Below are positions 25,001 to 40,000 of a stretch of DNA of 64,000 nucleotides, piece by piece (the stretch's first letter is position 1; every line of letters begins with the position of its first letter). The DNA is from Nageia nagi (taxonomy: Eukaryota > Plantae > Pinophyta), in NCBI GenBank assembly GCA_050084985.1, contig JBITNC010000002.1, forward strand, positions 20,088,001 through 20,152,000. Direction: 5' to 3'. Under the pieces are notes generated by a model that worked only from the letters and a program-made list of their open reading frames with translations, did not search any database and was not told the origin of the DNA. The position numbers were made by a program, and so were the translations under genes.

Positions 25001-28000
25001 TATGGTTATGCTTTGGTTCAGTTAGGAGTTGTTGAGGATATGTTGACATTGCTTGTGTATTTCTTCTTCAGGCATTGGTTCAGTTCAGCCCAGCTATATG
25101 ATATTGGAATTATGTTGATATTGCTTGTGGACAAGCAATATGAGAGAGGCGGTATTGTAATGTCCCATTTTTGAAGACCGTTTGGGCCCCACTAATTGTA
25201 ATGTTGTATCATGTCAAAATTGACTAAGTTAAAAGGTCAATATGGGCTAAGAAGTGGGAAGCCCCTTTTTGTAGTGTTAGGAGTATTTTAAGTATTAAAA
25301 ATATAATGTTAGAGATAATAATAATGTTAGAAGATAACATGTCATGGGGGCCACATAATGAGAAATTAGAATGACTATGTATTTATATGCTAGGACCACT
25401 CCATTTTGGAGACCTTTATGCCATTTGATTATTGTAATTTTGAGGTTGAGGGCTAAAACCTTAACTAGCTTCTGCAGTGACAAGGTGATGTGCCCTTGCT
25501 CTTCAAAAGTAGCCAATCTTGTAACTGAGGACACGTGCCCTTGCTCCTGATTGGGAATTGGTGGATCTACTTCAAGATCTACACTTGAGTATCAGATTTC
25601 CGCAGGTTAGTTTGCAGCAGAGCTTTGGAGTGGGTCGCCCAATTTTGGGGGCCATATTTACTTGTTTTCAGATCAAATTTACCCTCCAGGAGGGTCGGGT
25701 TAATTTTGTGGAGTGTTTTAGAGTGTGTTTTGCAGTGTTTGTGGTGTGATCTGCTTCCTAGAGGAGGACGTCCAACCTAAAGAATCAGTTTTTGTTATTT
25801 GGAGGTTGATTTGCTATGTATTTGGGCTGATCTATCATTTGGCACTTTCATTATATTTTTAATAAATTTGTGTGGCCAGATCTGCCAGTTTGGGGTTTCT
25901 TGTGTCAATTTTTCCGCTGTATTTTCAGATGTGATTATTATTTGCATAGATCAGAATTTTTTACTGGCTAAATTCATAATATTTCAGCTATGGTTTGTAA
26001 ACTTTAATTTGGGGATTTTACATACGACCATTATGGCAAACTCCTAGCAACCAAAACAAGCAAACTTCCATCAAAGATACATAGTAAAGTCCTTGGAAAA
26101 GTTATCTCTCCGTGCATTATAAGTTTATAACTATAATTGAGCTGAACTTGCAAAAGAACACTAAAAATGTTATGTCCAAGAGAAGACTCCTTAAAGGATA
26201 TTTAACAAAAAGATTTGTAAATAGTTGTATTTGTTGATAGGGCTACACAGTCTTGACTATTTTTTCAAGGTGTTAATTTATTACCTTTATTGCCTTAGGC
26301 TGCACCTAACATTAACAGATTGGTCATAATGACAATTAAAATCAAAATTTCACAAGATCTTTATTTACTGGAATAAGGATCACATTAAATGATCTTACCA
26401 TGTAATAGTAAGGTTACGTGTTATCACATAATTCCAAAAGGCTTTCTGTTCTGTCCTATGCTATTCTTGGTGCCAGCTTGTAAACATAAATTCATGATCT
26501 TGAATATGAGTTTTCATGTACTCCAGATCATGTGTACACCTATTCAAAACCTAAAGATAATAGAACAGAACAGAAGGTGAATAATTTTGCCTCTTTTACA
26601 GTGGAAAAGTTAATAATTACCTTTTTGTCTGATAGTCGATATGTCTACTTGCACAAGTATTTGTGGTCTCTGATTGATAGCAATCATTAGATGGGGGATT
26701 GAAACTAGTCAATTTGCTTAATAATAAGAAAATCAAACACTTTAAAGTTTATCCTGTACACTTTGGTTTTCCAAAATTGTATCAAACTACAAAGTTTATC
26801 CTGTAGGCTTTGGTGGATTTTTGTAAGTTTTGGAAGGAAAGACACAAAATTGCAGACTTAAACACCTCTGTATTCATTTCTGCGTTCTCTTTTGGTTTCA
26901 CATATTTTGTTCATGGCAGTTAAATACTTACATTTCTTATCTTAAGTGAATCAGATACTAAATTTATAATTGGAACAGCATATTGCCATTGAACATTTCT
27001 CCATTGACAGTTTCCATTTTGCAAACCAATAGGCAATTATAAGAAACAATTTTACAGAAACAAATAGAAGTTGAGATGCAAAAAAGGGACACCATTGTCT
27101 ACCTGGAAGGTACACTGAGTTCCTGCCATTCGCCACAGCGGTCTTGAATTTTCACTTTTGCAAGTTGAAGAATGTTCCTGTAATATAGTAAAAACAAAAC
27201 CTTAGAAAATTTTATTACATATGTTTTACTTTTTTATCTTTCATCTATAAACACAATAGCCATAGATTTTTAATCATTTTATATTTTTATGAAGTGTGAA
27301 AACTGTGAAGTTGCATAGATTGTCAATCATTTTATGAAGTGTGAAAACTGTGAAGATGTTGCAAAGAACAATGGAACTGATATTTTTTATATCCACACTT
27401 TTCACAATTTCTTGTATGGGGATTCGTGACAATATCATGAAGCTATTTAAGTTCTTATCATCATAAATAATGCCATGTGGTTTAATTATCCCTGAATTTA
27501 ATTGGCTTTCTTCATTCAAGTGTAATTGACAAACAGAAATTAGGAGGGGGACTAGAAGAATTGAGATATGATAGCAAATCTAGGCTATTAATTAATTTGA
27601 TTTAGAGATTTGGTTTAATTAATAGCGAATACAATACATTGGTCACCCCAAAATAACATTCTTTAAAATAGAGAACTGGATGTGTGATTTAAATTACAAG
27701 GTCAAAGGGTTTGGATTCATTTTGACACTCTTATTGTATTCAAGAATTTAGAAGGGTCCAACTGTTTATATGCTAATAAAGACTTAATTAAGCTATGAAT
27801 GAACTAAATGTTTTAGTTTGAGATTTCCAAGAGCTTTATGGAGCAATTGCATTCTAAAAACAAATATGAGATTGATTCATCTTTCTTGATGCATACTATG
27901 CAATGAGATTATCCCTCATCCTTTCATCGATCATACATTGAATATTATTATCATAGTATTAAGCTATATTCATGTTCAACAAGTTTGAAGATTGAAAAAA

Positions 28001-31000
28001 TTTGGTACGACTTTGAAGTTTGAGAAAAAAATTGACATAATACATACATGGTAAAATATTAATAAATACATGTTAGAATATTATAAAATTTATATCCAAA
28101 AAAAAATTTGACAAAATAAAATTTAGATATATTATTATTGTTTTGATATAAAATGTATTTTAATTAAAAATTGTTTATTATTTCAAAAAAATAAATTAAT
28201 ATCCATAATTTTTTAAAAATTATATATCTATAAAAATATGTGTTGAAACACACACTTGTATGGATTTTTCACTTATGATCTATAAAATAAAGTCTGTTTA
28301 CAAAAATAAATTTTGATAATGTTGTATGTCATTGAGACTAACTTATTGAGGAATATAAAAGAATAGCATTTATTTTGTGAATCACTTTCTTTAAGTCTAT
28401 ATTTTTTTGTGCCCACCTCTCTACTAATCTTTTTCACTGAGTCCTAGCCCAAGTAAAACATGGGTCTATCAAGGTGTGAGTCTCAGCACTTCGATTAATT
28501 TTCTAGGCTGGGATTTGTTACCTCATAATCCCTTCCCATGTGTTTCCTAGTTAGAATGCATCTTTCACGACTTTATATTGATCTATATGCAGACTGGGAA
28601 AGCATCATTACTGCTATTTGCTTCCTTTCTAATTCCTATAGGTCTTCTCTTAGAATTGTGCCTTTGCTGAAATTCTCTGATTAACTCACTAGATGCTTGT
28701 AATTCATTTTGCAGATACTATAAGAAAACTCAAGTTCTATTTAACCTTATTGACTCTCTACACATTTTTAACTTTTGTGCAGCCTTGCTCACTAATTTTG
28801 ATTGGACTACCTAACAATAGTTTTAGCACACACTGTATTGGGACAAGATTCCAATTGGACTACCTAAACATGTTTTTAGCACCTTGAAGCCATAGAATAA
28901 AAAAAACGTCATTTTTTGCGTTTTTTGAAAAAATCCGTATTTTCCTTCAAAAAATGCAAAAAACGCTGTTTAAACGCGGGCAAAAAACGTTGATAGTAGG
29001 TTGAAAATGTGGCCGTTTTTACCATTTTTACTGTTTTTTCCATATTTTTCATTTAAACGTCCAAAAAATTTTAAAGGAGAATATACCACTTGCCGTTTTT
29101 TGGCAGTACCCACCGTTTTTTCCCTCAAATTTAGCAATTTTTTTTGTCGCGAATTTTTCCCCTTTTTTGGCATTTTTTGTCCATTTTTTCCGTATTTACG
29201 AATTTTAAAACCCACAAATTTTTGCCGTATTCAACATATTTTGATCGTTTATTGGCCATTTTTACGTCTTTAGCCTGGAGCCGTATTTTCAAAAAGCCGT
29301 TTTTTTATTCTATGCTTGAAGCTACCAAATTAATCCTGTTTTGAGTTGTTATAAATATTGTTTAATCAACTTCAACATGTGAAACCCTTAAACTACCCAA
29401 ATGCGTTCTGAAGATGTCTTATATCCCTATCCTGCCACATACCCAAAAAGCTTCATGGCTGGCGCCAGATTAAAATGAATACATTCTCTACATTTAATCC
29501 TCCTACAAATATAGAATGGGTCGCATTCCTCCATAAGACAAGGGGGAATTTGATCTTATCTTAAGGACCCCTATGAAAGAAAATCCTTGGGTGTTTCATA
29601 ACTTCAAGGCACCGGTAAGAGTAGTTTTAAATTAAGGAGAACAAATACACTAGGATTGCTTGTAACATTGAATTGCTAGATTAAATTCTAAAAAAGCCAA
29701 TATTAGTTTTAACTTCATTCTAGTTTGGGAATAAGAGCAAAGGGTAACTATTTAATGGGAAGATAAACTTTTTTAAATCCTAAAATGTGTTGAATCTTTA
29801 TTTTTGGAGATATTATAAAAGAAAAGCTATGACATACCAAAATTGGTCTCTTTTTAATCCTGTTGATAAATGCTGAAAATTTATTTGATGTATCCGTAAG
29901 CAGCCTAGTTATCAAACTTTGGACTCGGCAAAATCTTGTTTGGCTTTTGACTTGGCAAAAGGCATGAAGAAGAATATAATTTGATACCAAGGAATGGTTT
30001 TCCACAAAACTATGAAGTTTGTTGAAGACTCACCAAAAATTGCCAAATCAAAAAAACTAGGCGAGTCAGATGGTAATTATTAATTTTAAGTCATCTGAAA
30101 AGACTTGCAATTAATCACCATTTTTTGGCAATATTTGATAATATGGTTGGTGGTGAAGCTTGACTTATGGTTTTGTGTTTATTTGCACTATCATGAACCT
30201 GGAGTCACTTACGTCACCTTTCTTATTTTCTTTTTTTTGGTGAATTAAAGGGATCTCTATTGGGATCCCCAGCCCATGGAAAAACATCATAACCTACCAC
30301 CACTAAAACATTATATCTGTAGGAAGATGCAGGTTCAAGACTCCATCTACTTAGGGGAAACAAAGCCATTTCAAGCAAAGTGGTAGCCCAGTTAACTTTA
30401 TATTTTATCTTATCAGAACGTCTCCTCCAGATCATGTCATGTTGGTACTTCATGAGAACTAGTGACATGATTAGATAAGTCCTTAGATTCCTCATAAAGG
30501 AGGTTTAAGTGCCCATTGTAAATTGAGCCTGATTTGAACCCACTGAAAATCACCTCAAAGATCATCGATATTTTCTTCAATAGCTAGTCGGATTCCAATT
30601 ACAAGAGCCATTATAAGTTGCCTCGGTAATTGTAAATCTCATTCAGCAGTTGCATGCAAATACGCATCCCCTATGTGATATCCAAAACTCACTAGATTGC
30701 CTCTAGAGGAAACATCAAAATCAAGTTTGATCTTTCCTTGTGGTGAGGGGAAGTCCAGTGCACAAGGCTCCTTTGGATCTGATCTTAGCTAATCCATTAG
30801 CCTACAACTTACCCAACCTATTATTGGAGGAATATTATAGTGTTATTATCAGAATCTTCATGGTATAAATACAAACCCTCTACCATACATCAGCCATATC
30901 AATGTGCATCATATGTGGTGATAATCTCATATTCTTGATTTTCCTTCTGCTCTTTATTATAAATGTTAAGTCTATGGACCATTTCATGTTCTCGTGTGCA

Positions 31001-34000
31001 CTTGTGACATCTTATATTGTGATGTTTTATTTTCATGCTACAACATTACATTTATGCTACTATTTGAATTTTCATAGTGATCGTCCTTTTGGACCTTCTT
31101 GCTTAATTCTTAAATTTCTAATTTCTTCTAGGATGAGTGCAAGCAGCAAAAGAGTATCACGCACAAATCATAAATAGTATGTCCTTCAGCTATGTGTGAA
31201 ATTTATTGAAAGGCATGTATCCCTAACATTTGATACTTGCACATCTGCTCATCCCCTCCCCTCGGGGATGTCTGAATTCATGTGCCATTCAAAGTAATGC
31301 TTTACTTTGCCAGGGGCTTTTCAAGCATAGTTCTTATCCTTTCATTTTCAATTTATAATTTTCCATACCAATGAGGATAATCAGTAATATTACCATTACA
31401 TGATATAAAACAAATCATAGTTCTTCAACCACATAAATTAAGTAAAAATGGGCTATGTGGTTGCATAAATTATAGTTTTTTAATTCACTAAACAGAAGAT
31501 GCCCCCTTTTCATGTTCCCAAAAGCACTTGTATTACATTTCTTCAATCTACCTTCAATTAGTTTTAGCTTTTGTAAAACATTGTACATCTCATAGCCTAA
31601 TATATTCTCCTTCCTACTATCTGCATACTAAATGATAATCTCTAGATGTAGACAAATTCTCAAATGTATGAATTGGCTTATTTGGAGATTGCTGATTGCA
31701 ATCTATATTGTCCCGTGATAGGAAATTTTCATGTCAGTAAGAAAGGCTAAGTCTTGTCATTTCTCATCAATTCACTCTTTTAGGAAAAGGAATCTATCTA
31801 ATCTCTCAACAACAAATGATCTCCTTTTTTCCTTAAAATAATGAGAGAAGTCATTCAGTCACCTTGAGATAATTCCAAGCATATTAGGTTTGAAAATATC
31901 TATAAAATTAAGTTTAATTTAAACCCTACATTTTTCTTCTTATCCAAATCTTGTTATGTATCTGCCCTTTTTGTGTTTTTAGCCAGATTGATAACACAGA
32001 AACCTCTAACTTTAGGAGACTAATTGAACGGGCATGACGTTGGATTTGATCCACCCCTTTCTAAAGACTGATAATGTCAAATCCCTCCCTATGACCTCAA
32101 AGGCTGTCTGAGCAGCTGAAATCTGTCAGTAATTGAGCATGCGACTTTTAGTTTATATGGAAGTTGTAGGCAGCTTTTCTTTTGACGGTTTTCCTGAATC
32201 AAAGGAATAAGTTAATTCCTTTTCTAAAGAGCTTGACTTGTTTTGAAGACTGCTTACTTCCATCCCTCAGTTTTTGCAGCAGCTTTTAAACCAAATTCTA
32301 GTATTTTTATGATTTGTTTCCTCTGGGCCTCTCAAATACTTAATCCATCTGACTTTTATAATCTACGTCGTTATTGAGGCTTACATTTCTAGCTTATCAT
32401 CCTTATATTGTCTATTGGAACCTTTGCAAAAGGACTCAATACTTATTTCTCTACAACTCCTTTCTTTGGTGCTTCTTGATTTCCTCTCCCTGCAGTAAGA
32501 CAATGTTTGTCTGCATTTCCGAAACAGCATGCACTTCAGCTGGTTCAGTATACATCAGCATACAAATTCTAGCTAGATATCCATAGTTATGGAAGTATTT
32601 AAGTGGTGTGTTTTCAACTTCACAGAAACTAACAACAGCTCCAACTTTGTTCCTGCTAATTTTAAGATAATTCTATCCGAAAGGATATCTACAAATAAAT
32701 AGTAGACATCCTTATCACTATCCGTGTAGCATAAATGGGGAGAGCACTGGAAAATCCTTGCTCTAGTCTTGGTCACACTTCGAAGGTTGAAGTATTTTCA
32801 GTACATTTGACAATGTCTACCAAACATATCAAGAAACGTTAGGGGATACCAAAACATGTCCCTCAAATATTGGGGCTGAGGGGGTGTCACAACATCCCTG
32901 ATGGTTGAGAATAGCCAAATACTTTTAATGAACATCCAAAAAGAAAAAGAAAAATAAAAACCCATTCACTCCTTGCAATATACAATGACTATCAATGAAC
33001 CCCAACTCAAAAGATTTATCATACAACACACAAAACAAACAGTCCCCATTGTCCACATAGCAACAATACAATGCCAAGAAAGAAAGAAAGTATATTAATG
33101 TCCACAAATGACCAAAAGCAGTCAATGGGACTAGTAGATATAATAATGTGCTAGAAGCCAATGTAGCCCCTAATGGGCTTAATCTACAAAAAATATAGTG
33201 TTCCACAGGGAGCCATTCCCGACGTTCCCGAGTTTTGGGAACTAGGGAACACCTAGGGAAACGTTTCCCAATCGTTCCCTTTTTGGGGGACGGTTGGGTG
33301 ATGTCCCCGAGACATCCCCCAGGATGGGGGAAACATTCCCCAATCGTCCACCCAATCAGGAACAGCCAGGGAACGGCCAGAGTTCCCTCCGCGGCTGGAC
33401 CTAGGAAAGCTAGAAAAAAAAACAGCTTTTGACTTGAAAGAAAACACAAAGTGCTTTATGATAGGCCCCACCCATGTTTGCACACCCTCTAACCCTAAAA
33501 AGATGCTCTAAAAGTGATTTTGTAATCACTTCTCATTGTGTAGAGAAGAAAGAGAGCAAGGAGGAAGAAAAACACAGCAGTAGAAGAAAAAGACATTAGT
33601 GACGAGAAAGAGAGCCATTAGGAGGATATGGATACACAACCATTAGCACATGAACCTATAGAGCCATAGGTCATAGACTATAGTGGTTATTTTGGCATTT
33701 TCATTTTGTTATTCAGATACTTATTCGACATATTGATGTCCTCTCCATGTATTTGATTCAATCTTTCAGACCTATAACATTATGATTGTGTTATCAGATT
33801 TACCCTTTTTTTATGATTATGTCTTGAAGATGAATTTCTAATTTCATTTCTATGTTTTTAATTTGTATACATGATTAAATTTGATAATATGATCATTCAT
33901 CATAGTAATAATGAATTGGAAACGATAAAATCTTAAAAATCTGAAAATTCTGATAATTTTTACTAGTATTATATTTGCCATTCCTTGGTCGTTTCTTGCT

Positions 34001-37000
34001 GTTCCCCAAAAATGACCCTATTTTTTCCCTCATTCCTGGACACACGTTCCCCAGTTGTGCGGAAAACTGGAAAAATATAAAGGAAATATCATAAGAACAA
34101 GGAAATCCACAAAAGAAAAATCAAACCCTAAAAAGGGAAAAATCTACAAAAGGATGATCAAGAGAGGGCCGACTTGGGTCTCTTAGGGGAAGAGCCCATG
34201 GGTGCTCTCCGAATTGGGGAGAGACCTTGCTCGACCGTGGGGGGCACACTTGAAGTTCTGCTGCTAGAGGGGAAGAAAGATGAGATCTAGCGTGTTCTCA
34301 ATGGGGCCTGAGTGTCATGAAGGCATCTCTTGATACGGTTTGTGAGGAGAGGGGCCCATCTCGTGGTCGTCTACGGATCTCATCAATAGAAGAAGCTCTA
34401 AAAAAGGATGTAATGCGACAATCTCCTATCAACTGCTGGGCCCAAAAGAGAAGACGCTTCCGTAGAAGGAAGGTCTCACGGAGATAGAGAGCCAAGCATC
34501 GCTGATCAGTTTACTAAAAAAGGTAGACAACGATTTGTGTGAGTCACGAAAAAGACAATAATATTGGCCTTGGATCTCATAATAGACTAGGCACTGAAAG
34601 ATAAAGTGGTCCTCAATCTCAATCTTGAGCAAGAAAAGTTGCAAACACATTGATCACAAGCTAGATGGTGGTCCGTCTCAATCCTTAACTAGTGGGAAGA
34701 GAATAACCAATAGAGAAGATGCACCTACCAAACAGCAAAGAAGCAATCATTTCAGCATTTTAGGTCGTCAAATCTTTTATTGCATATTTGATTTTCACTT
34801 TGAAAAGGAAGAACTTAGAATTCTGAATTTGAATCAAAAATCTAAAAATTACAAGATAAGTGGGAATTCATTTTTCCTCATTAGATGAGGAAGTAGAGAT
34901 TATTAGAAATAATACATTAGATAGTAATAGATACTTTAGGTATCTACACCTTTCAGATTTTGTTTATACTAATATTTCATATTTTAATATTAGGGTTTAT
35001 GGTTAATTCAGTTATCTCTACAGGAATGTAACTCTGGCTTCTCCATTGTATTTAAACCCTTCTCATTAATGGAAATATATCTCTTGGTTAATTTCAAATA
35101 GAAATGCAAAAGAGTGGAAGTGGAAGTTTACAGTCTTTTGACATACGAAATTTTGAGTAACTTTCAGACAATAAATGTTATATTATGCACTTATACAATG
35201 TGCGTAAGGATGAAAGCATATGTATGACATTGTGGCATTTCTAGCAATTTTTTGTCTACTCTTGCTTGACATTCCCAAGTTTCAAAAAAAATTTCTCATG
35301 TCCCCTTTCATCCTGGAAACATGTTCCCCTGCCTTCTCGCAACCCTTTTTCAGAAACTCCACGTCACCTTGATGAAGGATGACTCTGCTCAGAAAGCATC
35401 ATTTTTCAGATTTTGTGGCAAAATCTACCATAAATTAATCCCCAGGTGTCAGCTCAGAAAGCATCATTTTTCATCTTTTGTGGCAGAATCTACCATAAAT
35501 TAACCCCTAGGTGTCAGAAATAAATCCACTCAAGCTGTGGGCTTTCATTTTCAGTGCATATAGATCCATTTTCCAAGTTTCCTGGACCTGCATATGTGCC
35601 CACAAATCTGTAGATTAATGTTTTTTTCTTTTAAATCCAGAGTAGTTGCATCACCTCATTATGTGAACATTGGCTTTTGTGGGGACCTCCATTGTTTTGT
35701 ACCAGCCATTGTTAATACTAACTCAGAAATTTGACCAGCTAATTTTTTCACACTTTACAGCAGAAATCAGAGAAGATCATCTCATGAAACCTGTTGTGCT
35801 TCCCAACTCGCTACTGCTCTGTAGTAATGGAAAGTGTTAATGGAGGGTCCCATGACCTTCTTCAAGGAAGCGATCACAGGAGTTGATGAGACTTTTGAGA
35901 GATTTTATGATAGGAGATATTTTAGAGGAAGATGTCAAAACGGAACTTTCATATAGAACTCTGGATCGGAGACCAACTCTTATCTTAAAACTGATCTGAG
36001 TCAAGACACAAAAGAAAATCTACAATTCAAAGAAACAAAAATTGCATTTTTGGATCCCATATCTCAGATTACTTCACAAAAGCCAGTGGAGAAAGTCCCT
36101 TGAGGTGACTTGCATCGAAGATGTAAATTTACTGTTTCATCCTCCAAATCAGGAAAACTATTTATTTTGTGACCGTGAAAGTGGTCAAGTCTCCAAATGT
36201 AACATAATTTGTCTTGGGTTTATGTCAAACTTAAATTCACTTCCATTTCAAAAACAGAAATTTACAGTAAATGGAGGTATGACCTGGCATGTACCTTGAA
36301 GAGGGATGAGCAATAGAAGCAGCAAACCATCCCTGTGAACATCCAATCACTGCATAAGCTCCCTGCAGAAGAAAAAAATGGGAATTGAACTGTTAGCTAC
36401 TCATGATTTGGACCATCTCTACTTATGCGAAAACAAAGTTATTACTTATCTTGAATCTCATGCATTTCAATTGCACTACCACATCAAAATATTTAAAGTC
36501 GGCTCCATCAAAAAGTATTGTGCTTTGGCAGTCGAATAAATCTTAGGAAAATTATGATATAATATTAGGTTTAATGCATTTTGAATTGTATTCCTTGGAT
36601 AACTTTGAGATTATTCACACATTATCATCACTAGTTTCAGAAGCCTCCATTTATTTTCCATTCATTGTAAAAATTGAGTTTTCCAATAACAAAGTTTATG
36701 TGAGTACACATTCATGATCATTATATAGATCACATATACAAATAGCATGTCATTGCCTTGACTAATGAAGGATTTACAAGCACAGAAATCACCTCCAACC
36801 ACTATCTCCAAGAGTTGTCATAATATAATAATAAACAAGTAAAGGCGATAATTATCATGCCAACTTTGGACTTTAAATTGAAGAGCTTACAGACAATAAA
36901 CAAGAGTAGTCAGGCAAACAAGTTGTAAGTTGCATGACAGTCATTTGAATTACTCTTTCAACTTTTCATTCTCTTTAACATCATCTTAGACTATTCCGAT

Positions 37001-40000
37001 AATTCAGTGCTATGACTTAATCAGTGATAGTACATGAGCCCTTTGGTCATACACTGAGATGCTACAGACTTATGTTTTTCAAATGTCCCCGTAAAACAAA
37101 ATGTGAATATGAACATATTCTGTTTATTATATTCTAAGAAATTTAGAATATCACCTTGACAAAAATCCAAGAAGAATAATTACCAGTGTAGTTCTCATAC
37201 TTAGTTAGCAACAACACTCATAGTAACCACTGATAATTAATTAAAAATCTTAATCGATCAGGTAACAAAATAGTAATAGCAGGCAATAAAATTACCTGAT
37301 TCACAAGTTGGTTTTTGAATCTTTCTGGATGCAACTTCCTTTCAGCATGAAATGCATATGATACTTGAGCATCCATGCCTAAAACATAGAGAAGTGAGTG
37401 TTAAAAGATAAAATATTTATTTCGTGCATCCATTTCCCATAATACTACTACATATTTTATGACATTTATATAGCATGGATTATAACCAATATCATAGTTA
37501 TTGCTTTCTTTTTCATAATATGATAACAAATCCAGGTGGGGTTAGCATAGTCAATTTATCCTTCTGCATCGCTAGCCGAAAGCAAGGGACAAACCCCAAT
37601 TGGTATTGAAAGCAAGGGACAAGCCCCAATTGGTATTGAAACAGAAAAATCGACAAAAAAAGAGAAACTCTCACTGGGAATGGACGAAAAGGAAGGGTAT
37701 GGGTAGAATACTAAAAGTTTAATATTTGTATAAAAATGTCATGAATACATTAACAGATTAAGAACTCTGACCAAATCCACCAAATTTCAAACATAATTCA
37801 AGAACAATTATTGAAAGCAAGGGACAAGCCCCATTTGGTATTGAGACAGAAAAATCAACAAAAAAAGAAAAACTCTGAACGGGAATGGGGGAAAAGGAAG
37901 GATATGGGTAGAATACCAAAAGTTCAATATTTGTATCAAAATGTCATGAATACATTAACAGATTAAGAACTCTGACCAAATCCACCAAATTTCAAACAGA
38001 TTTCAGGAACAATTATTAGGCACATTATTCAATGTTTTAACATATGCATTATACGAAAATCATATTCAATCCTCTTTTATTTCTAATTTTTTTTTAAGAA
38101 TATCAAATATAAACATCCTTCACTTTATAAATTCTCATTGCCGACTGCAAAAGTATAGTTGACCAAACTAAACGAGAAGAGTAATCTAAAGTTTTCTATG
38201 CTAAAGAGCATAGGCTATTGACTAGAAAAAAAGCTAAAATAGATTTAAATTTGACATTTCTTTTTGTATATCCTAAATTTTGTAATGTACACACTAATGA
38301 CAATACAAGCATGTTTAAAGAATGCTTACCTATGTTTTATCTAGTACATCATATTCATGATTTTGGGTAATTGAAAAGGCATATTCTCACCTAAGCTGAA
38401 GTAATTCCAAAATCCTCCACGAAAGGTATGATATCCTTCCTACAGAAAAAGGTCCCAACAATGTGTATCAATAGGAAATATTAAAAACAATTCGCATACA
38501 GAGAAGCTCAATTTCTACCTTGAGAAGTATAACAGATACTTTGCACTAATCAAAAGGATGGCTAAAACCTTCTGTGCTAGATCTATTCATGTTCCATACC
38601 AAAAAGACAATGAGGATAGAGATGAATGTGATGCAATTTATTAATTATATTGGTCAACATTAACATCATCCACAGCAATGCCTACTGTCACCATAACAAA
38701 CAACTAAATTTGTCAAAACATGGTACAGTGGAATAAGCTTGCCAACCTTATTTAGTTCATCGTTTTGGGAAACACGCTTGAATGCATGTAAAGAATGTGG
38801 CAGCTCTAAAGGTGGCAATGGATCAAGTGGATTGCCATCTGGAATTCGCATCCTCATGAGTACATGCCAACTGAAAGCACATTTGCACATGAAATTTTGC
38901 TTAACAAAAAGAAAGTGTTCCAGAACTCATTTGCCAAGTTGCTAAAAAAACACCCAAATTTCACCAAGAAATTCATATATCATCAATCATTGAACATTTC
39001 TAAACTTACTCTTATAATAAAAAACAAAGTGTTCTGGAACTCATTTTCTATGTGGGTAAAAAAAATCACCCGAATTGCACCAAGAAATTCATACATCATC
39101 AATCCTTGCACATTTCTTAACATGCTCTTATCATAAAAACAAACATTGATCTTTTTAAGCAAGAACTAACATTATAACAAATCAGATTTGCATATTCTTA
39201 TAAACTAGGATATATAGCAACTACAAATCAAACAACACCAAATTTGAAGTATTTGCTTAGTGGTAAATCATAATTTGCATCAATATCTACACCCACATTT
39301 TATAATTTAAATCTCGTAGAAACAAGGTTAGTCCATCTCTAGTAAATTTAATAGCTCATCAAAGTTCCTTCACAGATGGAATGGTTCATCATTATCTTAT
39401 GAAAACATTTACTTTTAAGTTAATCGTATTTAGTTTATACTTAGGTTGGATATAAATATCTTTAAATTCTCTTTCATTTTGAAATTTAAATACCTAGCTG
39501 GAAACACATTACCACTTCACCAAGAAATGGCCACATATATAGAACATTCATCTTAGTACATACTTGGACTAAATTCCAAATACATGCTTCAGGCACTGTT
39601 TGTCTATATGTTGGGTTGTTAATATGTTATTTAACTTGGAACATGTCTTAGAAGGCAAAAACAAAAAAGCAAGAAGTAAAAGAGGATAACAAAGTTCAAC
39701 AATTAATCAGAAGTAGCATGGTATTCCATATCTAGCTAGAGTGTCTACAAGGAAATATATATGCTCATCAGAAGGTATTGTTCAAATCTCTAAGTGAGCA
39801 AAAAAGCAAGCACATAGGGCAGATTTCCGACAAATGACATGATGAAACAAGCATTTCAAGCATAATAATAATTGCAACACATATTGATTATTATATGTGT
39901 ATGCCCATTTTGACTGTACCCTTAGCAATGGGGCAATGTGAATAGTTCTATTTTTTAATTTTGCAAACTCAGATTTGCAGTTATTTATTTTGTGAATCAC

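Larger units (their letters stand above)
21647..26022 (+). mobile_element. Non-autonomous chimeric LTR retroelement carrying host gene fragments (5' LTR missing)
   Basis: PBS-like remnant agagctt 21647-21653. Interior has no gag/pol but PDS5, HAD and MSH5 fragments. Gypsy-type tail [14 protein letters not shown] with purine tract gagagaggcgg (25142-25152). LTR tgtaatgtccc...ggggattttaca 25156-26022. Confidence 0.8.

Noticed and set aside
28970-29344. Overlapping Lys/Phe-rich ORFs
   Set aside because: Artefacts of the low-complexity MITE interior.
32925-33483. 174-aa ORF and overlapping ORFs
   Set aside because: Span repeat-derived sequence with no recognisable domain or splice support.
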